From Gammaproteobacteria bacterium (GTDB lineage: Bacteria; Pseudomonadota; Gammaproteobacteria; JACKNK01), in assembly GCA_024234955.1 (NCBI GenBank), contig JACKNK010000001.1, positions 389,331 to 453,330 of the forward strand: a DNA stretch of 64,000 bases. The letters are read 5' to 3'. Below, piece by piece: positions 41,022-52,560 of this stretch. The notes under the pieces are model-generated. The model was not told the DNA's origin. It made no database searches and saw only the letters and a program-made list of their open reading frames with translations. Position 1 is the stretch's first letter, and every line of letters begins with the position of its first letter. The position numbers and the translations under genes are program-made.

Positions 41022-41333
41022 TTATTTCATGCCGCCGAAATAGGCTGCCATCGCGTCGATGTCGGCGTCGCTGTAGCCCTTGGCAATGCGGTTCATGATG
41101 GTGGCGGGGCGTTTGTCCGACTTGAAGTCATGCATCGCCTGCTTCAGATAATCGACCGGAAGTCCTTTCAAGGACGGTGCAGCACCGGCGCTGACACCAT
41201 GAGTGCCGTGGCAACCCGCGCAGGTGTTGCCGAGCATGGCGCCTGAGGCACCCGCATTTACGGTACCGGACAGGCCAAGGCACAACAGGCTGGCCGCCGT
41301 CACCGCGCTCGCTTTGAACAATTTATGAGTCAT
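41022..41333 (-). CDS. fccA: Flavocytochrome c sulfide dehydrogenase, monohaem cytochrome c subunit.
   Basis: Signal peptide. Haem motif CAGCH. 103 aa, immediately upstream of fccB. Confidence 0.75.
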   Translation of the reverse strand: MTHKLFKASAVTAASLLCLGLSGTVNAGASGAMLGNTCAGCHGTHGVSAGAAPSLKGLPVDYLKQAMHDFKSDKRPATIMNRIAKGYSDADIDAMAAYFGGMK

Positions 41334-41599
41334 GACTCCTCCCAGAGCATTCCCGTTTGGTGGTTTTTTCTAGCCCGATCTGGTCGGGTGCGGCCATCCT
41401 AGAGGAATTTATTGATACAGGTAAAGTTTTGGTTAATGCTTATCTAAATATAAGTAATTGCAGATATTTTTTATATACAACATCCCAACGCCGGATCGAT
41501 GGCGCGGCTTTCAACATAAACATCACGGCAGATTCGGCCATTTCGCATATATTGCGTCGGGAAGGTGCGCCAAGCATCGTTGTCCGGCAACCGATCGCC

Positions 41600-42100
41600 A
41601 TGAAACAACGCCTCCAATTCCTCGTTCCGTCTCTTGAGTCCTGCCATGCCATCTGCGCGGAACTTGAAGGGGCAAAAATTTCCGAAGCACACATTCATGT
41701 TGTGGCGGGACATCGGTACGACCTGAGCGCATTCCGGCAAGCAACCTTATTGCAACGCAGCGATCTTGTTTACGGCATTGAATGGGGTCTGATCACAGGC
41801 GGCGGTGCGGGTCTGATCGGCAGCCTGCTGGCGCATTTCTTTCCTCCGGCTGATCTTCAGATCGGCTGGATCGCAATGGTGGCCAGCACCTGTATCGGCG
41901 CCGGGTTCGGTGCCGTGGTGGCTGGTCTGGTTGCCAAAGATGTTCCGAATCATGAGCTGGAGCCTTTCCAGGAGCGGATCGATCAGGGTGACCTTCTGAT
42001 GCTTGTCGATGTGCCGGTACGTCGTGTTCGCGATGTCGTGGCGATGATCCTGAACCACCACCCGGAAGCTGAGATTGTCCAAAAGCGTTCGCCGGACTGA
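41600..42100 (+). CDS. Hypothetical membrane protein with glycine-zipper TM segments (DUF1269-like).
   Basis: GGGAGLIGSLLAHF and IGWIAMVASTCIGAGFGAVVAGLVA. The start is chosen at MKQRLQF (41600). The track ORF starts at 41357 inside an AT-rich promoter-like tract. Confidence 0.45.
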   Translation: MKQRLQFLVPSLESCHAICAELEGAKISEAHIHVVAGHRYDLSAFRQATLLQRSDLVYGIEWGLITGGGAGLIGSLLAHFFPPADLQIGWIAMVASTCIGAGFGAVVAGLVAKDVPNHELEPFQERIDQGDLLMLVDVPVRRVRDVVAMILNHHPEAEIVQKRSPD

Positions 42101-42197
42101 CGCTGGGAAACGGGTTTATCTCCCTCTGCAATCGTTGCACCTCTACCGCGCCGGCATTCGGTAAAATGCACGTTCCGCCCAAAGATCGCCTGATTCG

Positions 42198-43274
42198 ATG
42201 ACCAACACTGCCGACCTCATTCCGGCGCGTCTGTCCGCCGAGATTGCAGCGCAAGCCCTGCGTGCGCCGCAAATCCCGCCGCTTCGCCCAGCCGATCGAA
42301 GCGCCCTGCTCGATCGTTGTCGTCGTCTGCTTCGCGAGCGCAATGCGGTGTTGGTCGCCCATTACTACACCGATGACGATCTGCAGTACCTTGCCGAGGA
42401 ATCCGGGGGCTGCGTTTCGGATTCACTGGAAATGGCGCGTTTCGGGCGGGACCACCCTGCCACCACGCTGGTCGTGGCGGGCGTCCGTTTCATGGGCGAA
42501 ACCGCAAAAATCCTGAGTCCGGAAAAGCGCGTACTGATGCCGACGCTGGATGCGCAATGCTCGCTGGACCTCGGCTGCCCGGCACCGGAGTTCAGCGCCT
42601 TTTGCGACGCGCATCCGGATCGCACCGTCGTCGTCTATGCGAACACCAGCGCCGAAGTCAAGGCGCGTGCGGACTGGATGGTCACCTCCGGCATTGCCCT
42701 GAAAATCGTCGAACATCTGCACGCCCAAGGCAAAAAGATCCTCTGGGCTCCGGACAAACATCTCGGAAACTATGTGCAACGCATGACCGGCGCCGACATG
42801 CTCATGTGGGGCGGATCCTGCGTGGTGCATGAGGCTTTTCGCGCCAACGCACTGGAGGACCTGATGAAGCAGCATCCGGACGCCAAGATACTGGTGCATC
42901 CGGAATCGCCGGAACCGGTCTGGCGGCTCGCCGACGTGGTCGGCTCCACCACGGCGCTGATCAATGCCGTTCGGGACATCGATGCCGACAAATTTATCGT
43001 CGCTACCGACCGGGGCATCTTCTACAAAATGCGCCAACTGGCCCCGCACAAGACGCTCATCGAAGCCCCCACAGTCGGAGAGGGGGCAACCTGTGTCAGC
43101 TGTGCGCATTGTCCGTGGATGGGAATGAACGGTCTGGCCAATCTTGCCGATACGCTTGAAACCGGTCGCAACGAGATTCACGTAGACCCGGGCGTTGGCG
43201 CACGCGCCGTCCATTCAATCCAGCGCATGCTCGATTTCGCCCACGAACACGGCATTGGCACTGCGCGAAAGTAG
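42198..43274 (+). CDS. nadA: Quinolinate synthase A.
   Basis: 358 aa. Conserved NadA blocks [25 protein letters not shown] and ILVHPES. Cluster cysteines present. Confidence 0.9.
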   Translation: MTNTADLIPARLSAEIAAQALRAPQIPPLRPADRSALLDRCRRLLRERNAVLVAHYYTDDDLQYLAEESGGCVSDSLEMARFGRDHPATTLVVAGVRFMGETAKILSPEKRVLMPTLDAQCSLDLGCPAPEFSAFCDAHPDRTVVVYANTSAEVKARADWMVTSGIALKIVEHLHAQGKKILWAPDKHLGNYVQRMTGADMLMWGGSCVVHEAFRANALEDLMKQHPDAKILVHPESPEPVWRLADVVGSTTALINAVRDIDADKFIVATDRGIFYKMRQLAPHKTLIEAPTVGEGATCVSCAHCPWMGMNGLANLADTLETGRNEIHVDPGVGARAVHSIQRMLDFAHEHGIGTARK

Positions 43275-43309
43275 ACCCCAGGGCCGGATACCCGTTCCGG
43301 CGCATCCCG

Positions 43310-44476
43310 CTATTTCAGGAATGCAGCAAGCCGGGCCACCCCCTCCTCCAGTTTCGGCATGGTCGTCGTGTAAGCGAAACGCAGGTATTCATGGGCTCGA
43401 TGCGTGCCGAAATCGATCCCTGGGGTAACGGCAACGCCCACCTCGTCGAGCAAACGATTTGCCAAGGTAAAACTGTCATCCGTGAAGCGCGATGCCTTGG
43501 CGTAGAGATAGAACGCCCCCGCCGGTTCGGCGTCGATAGCGAAGCCGATCTTCCGCAATGCCGGCAATAGGTAATCGCGCCGCTGCTGAAATTCCGCCCG
43601 CCGCGCCTCCATGATCGCCATCGTCTCGTTACCGAAGGCGGAAAGGGCCGCATATTGGGCCGGCGTGGGCGCCGCCAGAAACAGGTTCTGCGCCAGCCGA
43701 TCGAGTGCCGGGATGTAGGCCTGAGGGGCAATCAGCCAGCCCAGACGCCAGCCGGTCATACCGAAATACTTGGAAAAACTGTTGATGACGAAGATGTCAT
43801 CCGACACCGACAAAGCGGTGGGCGGATGCGGGCCGTAAACCAGACCGTGATAAATCTCATCGACGATCAGATGCCCATCCCGCGCAAACACCGCCTTCGC
43901 TAGATCGCTCAGCTCGGCCTGCCCCAATATTGTGCCGGTGGGGTTCGACGGAGAGGCAACCATTGCCGCGACGGTTTGCGCATCCCAATACGCGGCGATG
44001 TGCGCCGGGCCAAGTTGATAACCGCCCTCCGCTTCGACGGGTATGGACACCGGTACGCCATCCACCAGACGGACCAGATGACGATTACAGGGATACCCCG
44101 GATCGCTAAGCAGGACCTTGCGACCCGGATCGACCAGCACCGCCAGCAACAGGTGCAACGCACCGGATGCGCCGGGCGTCACCACCACGCGGTCCGGGTC
44201 GATTTCCACGCCGTACCGGGTTGCGTAGTAGCTGGCGATCGCCTCGCGTAACGCGGGCAAGCCCAAGGCCGGGGTGTAATGCGTGCGACCTTCCGCAAGC
44301 GCTTGACGCCCCGCAGCGATGATCGGCCCGGGCGTTGGGAAGTCCGGTTCGCCAATCTCCATATGGACGATCGAGCGTCCGTCCCGCTCCATGCGCCTCG
44401 CCCGCGCCAGCAAATCCATGACGTGGAATGGCGCAATGGCATCCATGCGTTCTGCGATACGGCTGGGTTGGCTCAT
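43310..44476 (-). CDS. Class I/II pyridoxal-phosphate aminotransferase.
   Basis: SFSKYFGMTGWRLGW carries the PLP-Lys motif. 388 aa. Confidence 0.8.
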   Translation of the reverse strand: MSQPSRIAERMDAIAPFHVMDLLARARRMERDGRSIVHMEIGEPDFPTPGPIIAAGRQALAEGRTHYTPALGLPALREAIASYYATRYGVEIDPDRVVVTPGASGALHLLLAVLVDPGRKVLLSDPGYPCNRHLVRLVDGVPVSIPVEAEGGYQLGPAHIAAYWDAQTVAAMVASPSNPTGTILGQAELSDLAKAVFARDGHLIVDEIYHGLVYGPHPPTALSVSDDIFVINSFSKYFGMTGWRLGWLIAPQAYIPALDRLAQNLFLAAPTPAQYAALSAFGNETMAIMEARRAEFQQRRDYLLPALRKIGFAIDAEPAGAFYLYAKASRFTDDSFTLANRLLDEVGVAVTPGIDFGTHRAHEYLRFAYTTTMPKLEEGVARLAAFLK

Positions 44477-44557
44477 AAACCGGAAATCGAGGACGTGCGA
44501 GACAGAAGAGGATATTGGATCAAGGGGCCAATCATGCGCTGAAAACCCCGGGGGGTA

Positions 44558-45334
44558 TCAACCGTGGCTCGCCGCATGGAGCTGCCGCAGGAAATCCAGG
44601 GTCACATGATCGGCACCCAATACATCGCCGGCCAGCACTTTGAATGGTGTCCCCGGCTCCCCGAGTTGATCCAGAATGACAGCGGCGCCACTCAAATCCT
44701 CGTTCTCGGTGTATCCGTTGACGGTAACCAGCGTGGTCAGTCCGGCACCGGTAGAAGAACGGACCCCGTTCTTCGAATCCTCGAAAGCCAGACACTCGTC
44801 CGGCTTGAGGCCCATCGTCGCCATCGCCCAGAGATAGATATCCGGGGCCGGTTTCTTTGCCGGGACAATATCGCCTGCCGCAATCACCTCGAACCAATCC
44901 AATCCGTCTTCGGCCAGACTATGCGTCAACAGGGCGGAAACATTCTCCGGGGTGGTCGTGGTCGCCACGGCAAGCCGCAAACCCGCCGCGCGCGCCTCCT
45001 CAAGCAGACGACGGACTCCTGGTCGCAACTGCACCGCGCCGTCGGCAAGCATGGCGGTGTAATGCGCGGTCTTGGCCTTGTGCAGACCCGCAACGAAGCT
45101 GTCGAGATCCCCTTGCGCCTGGAAATCCGGTCGATGACCGGCCAGGAAATGCTTGATGCGTTCCTTGCCACCGGTCACGGCCAGCAACTGTCCGTACAGC
45201 TCCACCGACCAATACCAGTCCAGACCGGCATCGGCAAAGGCGCGATTGAAGGCGACGCGATGACCATCGCGTTCGGTATCGGCAAGCGTGCCGTCCACAT
45301 CAAACAACAGGGCTTTGAGCTCGGACATTTCCAC
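44558..45334 (-). CDS. HAD-superfamily hydrolase (CbbY/phosphatase-like).
   Basis: Motif I LLFDVDGTLADTE. A downstream K...D motif IV (FEDSKNG). 258 aa. Confidence 0.75.
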   Translation of the reverse strand: MEMSELKALLFDVDGTLADTERDGHRVAFNRAFADAGLDWYWSVELYGQLLAVTGGKERIKHFLAGHRPDFQAQGDLDSFVAGLHKAKTAHYTAMLADGAVQLRPGVRRLLEEARAAGLRLAVATTTTPENVSALLTHSLAEDGLDWFEVIAAGDIVPAKKPAPDIYLWAMATMGLKPDECLAFEDSKNGVRSSTGAGLTTLVTVNGYTENEDLSGAAVILDQLGEPGTPFKVLAGDVLGADHVTLDFLRQLHAASHG

Positions 45335-45554
45335 CTCTGGGCGACATAACAGGAACGCTGAAAAGCGCGGCGAGGATAGCCTGAGGGCACTGCGAAAAAC
45401 CCATCATGATTTGCCTGCAATCGCAGCGGATCGCGGTTTTTTTGACCGGAAATCAATGATGGGGCGTATCTTGCTTGCCCCACCCGCCCGGGTCTGATAG
45501 AAAAGCGCGCTGCCTCGAATCCGCATATTTGCTAGCCCATTCAGGAGAAGGCGA

Positions 45555-45977
45555 ATGGCCAATGACGTTTCTTCCGCCAGCTTTACCCCTTACGAGGAGA
45601 AGGACGGCGAGGAGTACATGAATCCCGCTCAAGTCGAGCACTTCCGCAACATCCTCATGGGTTGGAAACGTGAGCTGATGGAAGAAGTCGATCGCACCGT
45701 GCATCACATGCAGGACGACGCCGCGAACCATCCGGACCCGGCGGATCGCGCCACTCAGGAAGAAGAATTCAGCCTCGAACTGCGCACCCGCGACCGTGAG
45801 CGCAAGTTGCTGAAAAAGATTGCCGAATCTCTGAAGGATCTGGATACCGGTGAATACGGTTATTGCGAATCCTGCGGCGTGGAGATCGGCATTCGCCGCC
45901 TCGAAGCCCGCCCGACCGCAACCCTGTGTTTCGATTGCAAGACGCTCGACGAGATTCGCGAAAAGCAGCGCGCTTGA
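45555..45977 (+). CDS. dksA: RNA polymerase-binding transcription factor DksA.
   Basis: A coiled-coil region and a C4 zinc finger CESCGVEI...CFDC. 140 aa. Confidence 0.9.
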   Translation: MANDVSSASFTPYEEKDGEEYMNPAQVEHFRNILMGWKRELMEEVDRTVHHMQDDAANHPDPADRATQEEEFSLELRTRDRERKLLKKIAESLKDLDTGEYGYCESCGVEIGIRRLEARPTATLCFDCKTLDEIREKQRA

Positions 45978-46044
45978 GAGGCATCTGAAAACGACGAGGG
46001 CCGGCAATCGCCGGCCCTCGTCCGTTAATTACGTGCGCTGGGAA

Positions 46045-46359
46045 TCAACCCCACTCACCGCCGTTGGTGATCGCGCAGATCACCACACATTCCGCGCCAC
46101 GTCCCTGCAAGGTACAGCCCTTCACGCAGCGCCCTACCGCGCCTGAATCGTTCCATCCCCGGGATGCAAACGAATTGAACAGCATGTCGGAGGCGGTCTC
46201 GGCCCGAGTGATATTGACGTCGTCACCCTGTACTTCGATGCGCATGATCTCATCCAGACTGTCCGGGTCGACAATGACCACGGTGTTTTCGTCAACGACC
46301 CGATATGCGCCCTCTTTACCCGTTGCCTCATCCTTGACCCGTTTCACTTCATTCGACAT
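46045..46359 (-). CDS. Small hypothetical protein (104 aa).
   Basis: The start is at MSNEVKRV, with GAGGAG 7 nt upstream. There are C-terminal Cys pairs (CVKGC...CVVIC). The track ORF extends further upstream without an RBS. Confidence 0.45.
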   Translation of the reverse strand: MSNEVKRVKDEATGKEGAYRVVDENTVVIVDPDSLDEIMRIEVQGDDVNITRAETASDMLFNSFASRGWNDSGAVGRCVKGCTLQGRGAECVVICAITNGGEWG

Positions 46360-46452
46360 GGCTTGGCTCCTCTGATTTCTTCTGTGGAAACCAAACCCTA
46401 CTAAGCTGAATTCCGCATTTCCAATGCGGGATCGTTTCAGATCAATCGTTAG

Positions 46453-46488
46453 AAACGACAAGGGCCGACATTGTCGGCCCTTGTCGTT
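46453..46488 (-). terminator. Rho-independent terminator after htpG.
   Basis: Perfect palindrome AACGACAAGGGCCGACA-ATG-TCGGCCCTTGTCGTT with a U-run on the minus strand. Confidence 0.7.
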
Positions 46489-46505
46489 ACGCACGCGTGC
46501 GACGA

Positions 46506-48404
46506 TCAGCCGGCCAGAAGCTTGTTCATACGGCGCACGAAGCCAGCGGGGTCTTCAAGCTGTCCCCCCTCGCTGAGCATGGCCTGGTCGAACAGCACTT
46601 CGGCGATGTCCTTGAAAGCCTCATCGCTGTCGGTGGCCTTGAGACGCTGCACCAAGCCGTGATCCGGATTCAGTTCCAACGTGGGCTTACTGCTCGGCAG
46701 ATCGTGTCCGGCTTCCTTCATCAGCCTCTGCATATGCATTGCCATGTCGAAGTCATTGAGCACGATGCAGGACGGCGATTCGGTCAGACGATGACTCAGT
46801 CGCACTTCCTGGGCCTTCTCGGACAGCACGTCACCGACGCGGCTAAGGAAGTCCTTATTCTCCTCGGCGACTTTTTCCGCATTCTCCTTGTCGTTCGCAT
46901 CATCGAGCTCGCCCAGATCGAGGTCACCCTTGGCCACGGACTGAAGCGCCTTGCCGTCGAATTCGTTGAGATGCGAAACCAGCCACTCATCGACCCGATC
47001 GGTAAGCAGCAGCACCTCGATCCCCTTCTTGCGGAAGACTTCCAGATGCGGGCTGTTGGCCGCTGCGGCATGGCTGTCGGCGGTCACAAAGTAAATCTTC
47101 TCCTGACCGTCCTTCATGCGCGCGACGTATTCCTCCAGGCTGACCTTCTGGTCCTTGGCGCCGTCCTGGGTGGAGGCGAAACGCAACAGCTTGGCGATGC
47201 GTTCCTTGTTCGCAAAGTCTTCGCCCGGGCCTTCCTTGAGTACCCGCCCGAACTGACGCCAGAACGCCGAATATTGCTCCGGTTCGTCCTTGGCCATGGA
47301 TTCCAGCATGCCGAGGACGCGCTTCACCGAGGCGCCACGAATGGTGTCGATCATGCGATTGTGCTGCAGGATCTCGCGTGAAACGTTGAGCGGCAGATCA
47401 TCCGAGTCGATTACACCCTTCACGAAGCGCAGGTACTGTGGCATCAGATGTTCGGCATCGTCCATGATGAACACCCGCCGCACGTAAAGCTTTATCCCGG
47501 TCTGGCGATCGCGATCCCAAAGATCGAACGGAGCGCGCTTCGGCAGATAGAGCAGCGAGGTATAGCTCTGATTGCCTTCGACCCGATTGTGGCTCCAGGT
47601 CAGGGCATCCTCGAAATCATGGGAAACATGCTTATAGAAGGCTTGATAGTCGTCGTCGCTGATCTCGGACTTCGATCGCGTCCAGATGGCCGACGCACTG
47701 TTTACCGTCTCCCACTCGATCACGGTTTCCTTGTCGTCACCCTCGCCTTCCTCGCGCATGTTCTGCATGCGGATCGGCAGGGAAATGTGTTCGGAATATT
47801 TGTGAATGATGTTGCGCAGGCGCCACGCATCGAGGAACTCACCTTCCTCTTCCTTCAGGTGCAACACGACCTCGGTACCGCGCTCGGGCTTCTCGACCGT
47901 CTCCAGTTCGAAGCTGCCCTCGCCTTTGGAAGTCCAGCGGATACCGTGTTCCGCCCCCATGCCGGCGCGACGAGTGGTGACGGTGACCGTATCGGCAACG
48001 ATGAACGAGGAATAGAAACCGACGCCGAACTGACCGATGAGCTGGGCATCCTTCTTCTGATCGCCGGAGAGAGAATCCAGAAATTTGCGGGTGCCGGAGC
48101 TGGCAATGGTGCCGATATTGTCGATGACCTCCTGACGATCCATGCCAATGCCGTTGTCCCGAATGGTCACGGTACTCGCATCCTTATCGAATTCGACTTC
48201 GATGCGCAGATCCGAATCGTTCTCGAACAAGGCATCGTCGCTCAAAGCTTCAAAACGCAGCTTGTCGCAGGCATCCGAGGCATTGGAGACCAACTCGCGC
48301 AGGAAGATTTCCTTGTTCGAATACAGCGAATGGATCATCAGATGCAACAGTTGGCGGACCTCGGTCTGGAATTCCAAGGTCTCTTTATGGCCCTCGACAC
48401 TCAT
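46506..48404 (-). CDS. htpG: Molecular chaperone HtpG (Hsp90).
   Basis: N-terminal ATPase motifs [12 protein letters not shown] and GTIASSGT. 633 aa from MSVEGHKE. The track ORF starts 46 codons upstream. Confidence 0.95.
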   Translation of the reverse strand: MSVEGHKETLEFQTEVRQLLHLMIHSLYSNKEIFLRELVSNASDACDKLRFEALSDDALFENDSDLRIEVEFDKDASTVTIRDNGIGMDRQEVIDNIGTIASSGTRKFLDSLSGDQKKDAQLIGQFGVGFYSSFIVADTVTVTTRRAGMGAEHGIRWTSKGEGSFELETVEKPERGTEVVLHLKEEEGEFLDAWRLRNIIHKYSEHISLPIRMQNMREEGEGDDKETVIEWETVNSASAIWTRSKSEISDDDYQAFYKHVSHDFEDALTWSHNRVEGNQSYTSLLYLPKRAPFDLWDRDRQTGIKLYVRRVFIMDDAEHLMPQYLRFVKGVIDSDDLPLNVSREILQHNRMIDTIRGASVKRVLGMLESMAKDEPEQYSAFWRQFGRVLKEGPGEDFANKERIAKLLRFASTQDGAKDQKVSLEEYVARMKDGQEKIYFVTADSHAAAANSPHLEVFRKKGIEVLLLTDRVDEWLVSHLNEFDGKALQSVAKGDLDLGELDDANDKENAEKVAEENKDFLSRVGDVLSEKAQEVRLSHRLTESPSCIVLNDFDMAMHMQRLMKEAGHDLPSSKPTLELNPDHGLVQRLKATDSDEAFKDIAEVLFDQAMLSEGGQLEDPAGFVRRMNKLLAG

Positions 48405-48722
48405 CGTAAATCTCTCCCATCGTGATTCTTGGATTGAAACGAGCGATGAAAATGGTGGCGGGTGGCGCGATTTCAAGTGGTAAGGAAACGAGTTTTTTGT
48501 CGCGGTCGGTCCGTCCCCGTTGCCCGGTAATGCGGCCGACAAAAACCGACGCGACGACCGCCTGCGGTCACCGGCGATTCCCGCCCCATCAAGGCGTTAA
48601 CAATCTTTTACCGAAAACTGCGCAAACCACGGACAGACATCGGCCCACCTCACGGGAATACTCGCGCGCGCCCTTGTTGCTCAAAACGAGGGGTATTTCA
48701 AACGCACGTAGAGGGGAACCTG

Positions 48723-50183
48723 ATGAGTCTGAACCGAAGTGGGGCTGTCGCAGCCCTGGCCGGCATATTGGCCATGCCCGTCCAGGCGGGAACGTCACTG
48801 GACGCCATTGCCGCAAAACTCGATGCCTTGATTGCCGAAAACGCCGAGCTGAAGGCGCGAGTTGCGCAACTGGAAAGTACGCAAACCCAGACCGCGACCG
48901 CAGTCCAGGAAGCGAAGGAATCCATCAGCGCGGTCAGCGAAGCCAGCCGCAGCGCCAACGTGGTCCGCACCGACCACGATTATTCCTATGCCATGCTGGA
49001 CCCCAACACCTGGGTCAATCGCAAGGAAAAGCTGCTCCTGGAACGCCGCAAAAGCGGGTCGATCCCGGCCAATACGGTCATTCTGAGCGGCGCCGTGACC
49101 CCGATCGTGGACATCCAGAAGAGCAACACCGAAGACAAATTCGGCTACCTGATGCGCCATCCGACCGCCTCGAATCAGCGCACCACGCAAGCCTCTGAAG
49201 CCGTCGTCCACTCAGCCCAATTGGGCGTGACCGGCACCATGGGCGACTGGATTACCGGCTACATGGAGATGCTCTACAACCCGACGCAGAGTTTCGGTAC
49301 CGGCACCCTGACGGACATCAACCGCAACCAGGTTGAAATGCGCAAGGGCTACGTAATTCTGGGAAATCTAAATGAGTCCCCGTATTACGCCCAGATCGGC
49401 AAGATGGACACTCCGTTCGGTCTCATGGATACGGTGAACCCCTTCACCAGCAACACGGTCTGGCACGCCTTCGGTGGCCTCGCATACGGACTGAATCTCG
49501 GTTATGACAGCTACGACTGGGACATGAATTTCATGGCCATCCAGGGTGGCGCACAGTTCCGGGCACACAATGTACCCGTCGATCGCAGCAACGTTCCGAG
49601 CAAGCTCAGTAACTATGCGGTGGACGTGAACCGCACCTTCAGTTTCGACGATGAATCCTGGCTCCTGGTTGGCGGCTCCTACACCAAGGGCAGCGCCTAC
49701 TGCCAAGGATTCCCGGTCACGCACTTCTCGTCCTGTGCCGAAGCGAACGGAGCATTCGACGTATACGGCCAATATGTGGACGGCGATCTGACGCTCGAAG
49801 CGGAATTCGCCAAGACCACCAAGGTGTGGCCAGGGACTTTCAACCCGACCATTCCTCAGTTCGAAGCGTCCAAGGTCACCAGCTTCGGGGTGGGTGGAAA
49901 ATATCGCACCCACTGGTTCGACAAACCCACCGATCTTTCCGTCGAATTCAGCCGCTTCATCGCCGGACCGAACGGCGCCCCGTGGGAGAAGCAGGACCAG
50001 CTTGTCTTCGGCGCCGCCACCTTCATCACGCCCAGCGCCAAGCTATTCGGCGAGGTCATTCACACCGCCGGATTCGCGCCGCTCAACAACATCAGCGGCG
50101 ACGGCGTGACCGCAGGCGTGACCATCTCCGACAGAAACGCCCGTTCGAACATCATTCTGTTCGGCGCCAACGTCGCGTTCTAG
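48723..50183 (+). CDS. Outer-membrane porin-like beta-barrel protein with an N-terminal coiled-coil.
   Basis: Signal peptide. A roughly 60-aa coiled-coil (LDALIAENAELKARVAQLES). A following amphipathic beta-strand-rich region ends in ...GANVAF, the C-terminal Phe typical of OMPs. Confidence 0.6.
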   Translation: MSLNRSGAVAALAGILAMPVQAGTSLDAIAAKLDALIAENAELKARVAQLESTQTQTATAVQEAKESISAVSEASRSANVVRTDHDYSYAMLDPNTWVNRKEKLLLERRKSGSIPANTVILSGAVTPIVDIQKSNTEDKFGYLMRHPTASNQRTTQASEAVVHSAQLGVTGTMGDWITGYMEMLYNPTQSFGTGTLTDINRNQVEMRKGYVILGNLNESPYYAQIGKMDTPFGLMDTVNPFTSNTVWHAFGGLAYGLNLGYDSYDWDMNFMAIQGGAQFRAHNVPVDRSNVPSKLSNYAVDVNRTFSFDDESWLLVGGSYTKGSAYCQGFPVTHFSSCAEANGAFDVYGQYVDGDLTLEAEFAKTTKVWPGTFNPTIPQFEASKVTSFGVGGKYRTHWFDKPTDLSVEFSRFIAGPNGAPWEKQDQLVFGAATFITPSAKLFGEVIHTAGFAPLNNISGDGVTAGVTISDRNARSNIILFGANVAF

Positions 50184-50244
50184 CACCAAGCGGTAATCCA
50201 CCCGTCGGGACGATTCGCAATGAATCGTCCCGACGTTCTTTGTT

Positions 50245-50751
50245 CTATCCGCGCCCAACCCGGGCAAGCGCAACGCGCGACGCCGGACGTTCTCCCCGTT
50301 CGTGCGCCAGCAGCCATTGCTTGGCGGCCACCCACCCGCCCTCTGCATCCCCCGAAAACCCCCCTATTCCCTGCGCGGCAACGACCCGATGACAGGGTGT
50401 GAGCAACGGTATCGGATTGGCGCGACACGCTCCTCCTATTGCACGCGCGGCGGTACCCAGCTGGGTCGCCAATGCGCCATAGCTGATCGGTGCGCCACAC
50501 GGAATCCGCCTCAAGGCTTGCCACACGCGTTTCTGAAACACCGTTCCACGCTCGTCAAAAGGCAATTCAAAAACGAACCTGGGATCGCGGAAATATTGCG
50601 CGAGCTGCGACCCGACCTGCTTGCTGAACAGGTCCTCCGGCGGTGTCAATTCGTGCGTGCCAAGAAAATCGATCCCAATGAGACGGTCTGCGTGGACACG
50701 AATTCCCAAAGCGCCGATCGGGCTGTCAAAAATTGCGGAATACCGGCTCAT
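50245..50751 (-). CDS. ogt: Methylated-DNA--protein-cysteine methyltransferase.
   Basis: The active site PCHRVV is in IPLLTPCHRVVAAQGIGGF. 168 aa. Its start overlaps the stop of the upstream gene. Confidence 0.85.
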   Translation of the reverse strand: MSRYSAIFDSPIGALGIRVHADRLIGIDFLGTHELTPPEDLFSKQVGSQLAQYFRDPRFVFELPFDERGTVFQKRVWQALRRIPCGAPISYGALATQLGTAARAIGGACRANPIPLLTPCHRVVAAQGIGGFSGDAEGGWVAAKQWLLAHERGERPASRVALARVGRG

Positions 50752-52544
50752 GGTCTCGCTCCTTTTGCCTTGAGGCGGAGTTGATGAATTCGGCCTTGCA
50801 ACATGGCACGTCGGGCGGGATCGCGAGTAACCCCCAGAAGTCGAAAATAGATCGCCTGAGCATCGAGATACAGTCCGGCGACCGCCAGCTGGTCTGCCGC
50901 CTGATAACGCGCCGTCTGCGCCCAGGGATCCATCGCATAAGGGTCCTGATCGGTCGCCGACGCCAGATAAGCCCGTGCGGCAGCCACCGAATCACCCAGC
51001 GCTTTCTGCGAATCTCCGATCCAGTACCATAACTCCCGTCGCTCCTTGCCGCTCTGTGCAGACGACATCAAGGTATCGAACAACTCAATCGCAACCGCAT
51101 GACGATCGGCAGACTGAAGATCGAACACCACTTGCACGAACCGATCTCTGTCGGCGGTGTTGGCGATGGCCGGATCCCGGACCAAACCGAGCAACAAGGC
51201 GATTGCCTGACGATAACGCCCTCCCAACAACAGCACCCGGGCTTGGCGCAGGCGCCAATCGAACGCGACATCATCCGCCGGGGGCTGATCCAGGCCGACA
51301 CTCCAGCCGGCAGCCAGTCCGACCTCGTTCTGGGCAACTGCGAGATCGATCAATCGGTGACGCAGTTCGACGGGCATCGCCGCCGCATCGGAAAACCATC
51401 GAGACCCGGAAAACAAACGAAGTATCAGGCGCCTTCCCTGATCTTTTTCGACCAGCAGGTCGATCAAACCCAATGCCGAATCGCGCCGCACCGACGCTTC
51501 CTTTGCGTCGGCCATCAACAAGGCATACAGACCTCGCGCCGCAAATGGCGACTCCGTGACGGCCGCCTGCGCAGTCCGTAGCCATGCGGCATCGTCGCCG
51601 ACCAACAACTTCCAACTATTGGCAACCCAACGCCCGTAAGCGATATAGGCATCCCAGAGCCGATCCGGGTCGAGACGAAACAGGCCATGCAGCGATGCAC
51701 TCAAGACTTCCGCATCGAAGAGGCGCTCCAAAGCGGAAATTCGGCCTGGAAGATGATCGGATGCTTCCGCCGCTTCCGCCATCAAGGCCAACGCCTGCTG
51801 ACGGTCGGACGCCGACAATCGAAGCTGCGCCGCCAATTCCGTGGCCGCTTTCAACACTTCACGGTGGCGACCATCGTTCAGTCGCAACACCGCCAACCAA
51901 CGCAGTAGATCGGCCTCGTCCGACTTAAACCCTGCCAGCAGGCCAGGTACCGCATCGAATCGACCAAGATGCAAGGCGATACGAGCACGCAAAAGGGCTG
52001 CCTCGATCTTGTCCTCGCCCTCCTCCATGTAGCGGGCCATTACCCGAGCTGCGTCTTCCCCGTTACCGCTCCGCAGATAGGCCAGCGCAATCTGACGTTG
52101 CCATGCACCGAGCGCCACGTCGTTATCCGGCGGCGCCCCACTCCACAGCAGCCTGCGCAGCGTTTGCAAAGCGCGTTCATAGGCCTTGTTCTGCAACTGG
52201 GCAGTCGCCAGTTCACCCAACGCCCAGACCGCCACGGGGTTGGACACCGGTTGCGCCAGGATTTCGTTGAGTCGCGCCACCACCATTTCGCCACGGTCTT
52301 GCAGCTTCAGCAGTTCTATCCGCTCCCGCTCCCAACTGAACCAGTTGGCCGGTTGATCTCGAAGCGCGGGTTGGTGCCGCGTCAACAGACGTTCGGCAAG
52401 TTGCGGCGCGCCTTGCCGGGCCAGCTCCCGGATCGAGTCGAGATCGTCCGCTGCCGAGGCCGACTCAGCCCCCAAAAGGACGAGCACCCCCAGCAAAAAC
52501 GCAAAACGGGCGCCCACTCGCGTGGAACGCCCGTTTGCTTTCAT
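50748..52544 (-). CDS. Secreted TPR/helical-repeat protein, hypothetical.
   Basis: The start at MKANGRST (52544) gives the signal peptide RFAFLLGVLVLLGAESASA. The remainder is an Ala/Leu/Arg-rich helical repeat protein of 599 aa. The track ORF adds 52 codons. Confidence 0.55.
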   Translation of the reverse strand: MKANGRSTRVGARFAFLLGVLVLLGAESASAADDLDSIRELARQGAPQLAERLLTRHQPALRDQPANWFSWERERIELLKLQDRGEMVVARLNEILAQPVSNPVAVWALGELATAQLQNKAYERALQTLRRLLWSGAPPDNDVALGAWQRQIALAYLRSGNGEDAARVMARYMEEGEDKIEAALLRARIALHLGRFDAVPGLLAGFKSDEADLLRWLAVLRLNDGRHREVLKAATELAAQLRLSASDRQQALALMAEAAEASDHLPGRISALERLFDAEVLSASLHGLFRLDPDRLWDAYIAYGRWVANSWKLLVGDDAAWLRTAQAAVTESPFAARGLYALLMADAKEASVRRDSALGLIDLLVEKDQGRRLILRLFSGSRWFSDAAAMPVELRHRLIDLAVAQNEVGLAAGWSVGLDQPPADDVAFDWRLRQARVLLLGGRYRQAIALLLGLVRDPAIANTADRDRFVQVVFDLQSADRHAVAIELFDTLMSSAQSGKERRELWYWIGDSQKALGDSVAAARAYLASATDQDPYAMDPWAQTARYQAADQLAVAGLYLDAQAIYFRLLGVTRDPARRAMLQGRIHQLRLKAKGARP

Positions 52545-52560
52545 CGGAAGCGGCGTCCGA

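Noticed and set aside
39699-41246. 515-aa + strand ORF.
   Set aside because: It is antisense to fccB/fccA.
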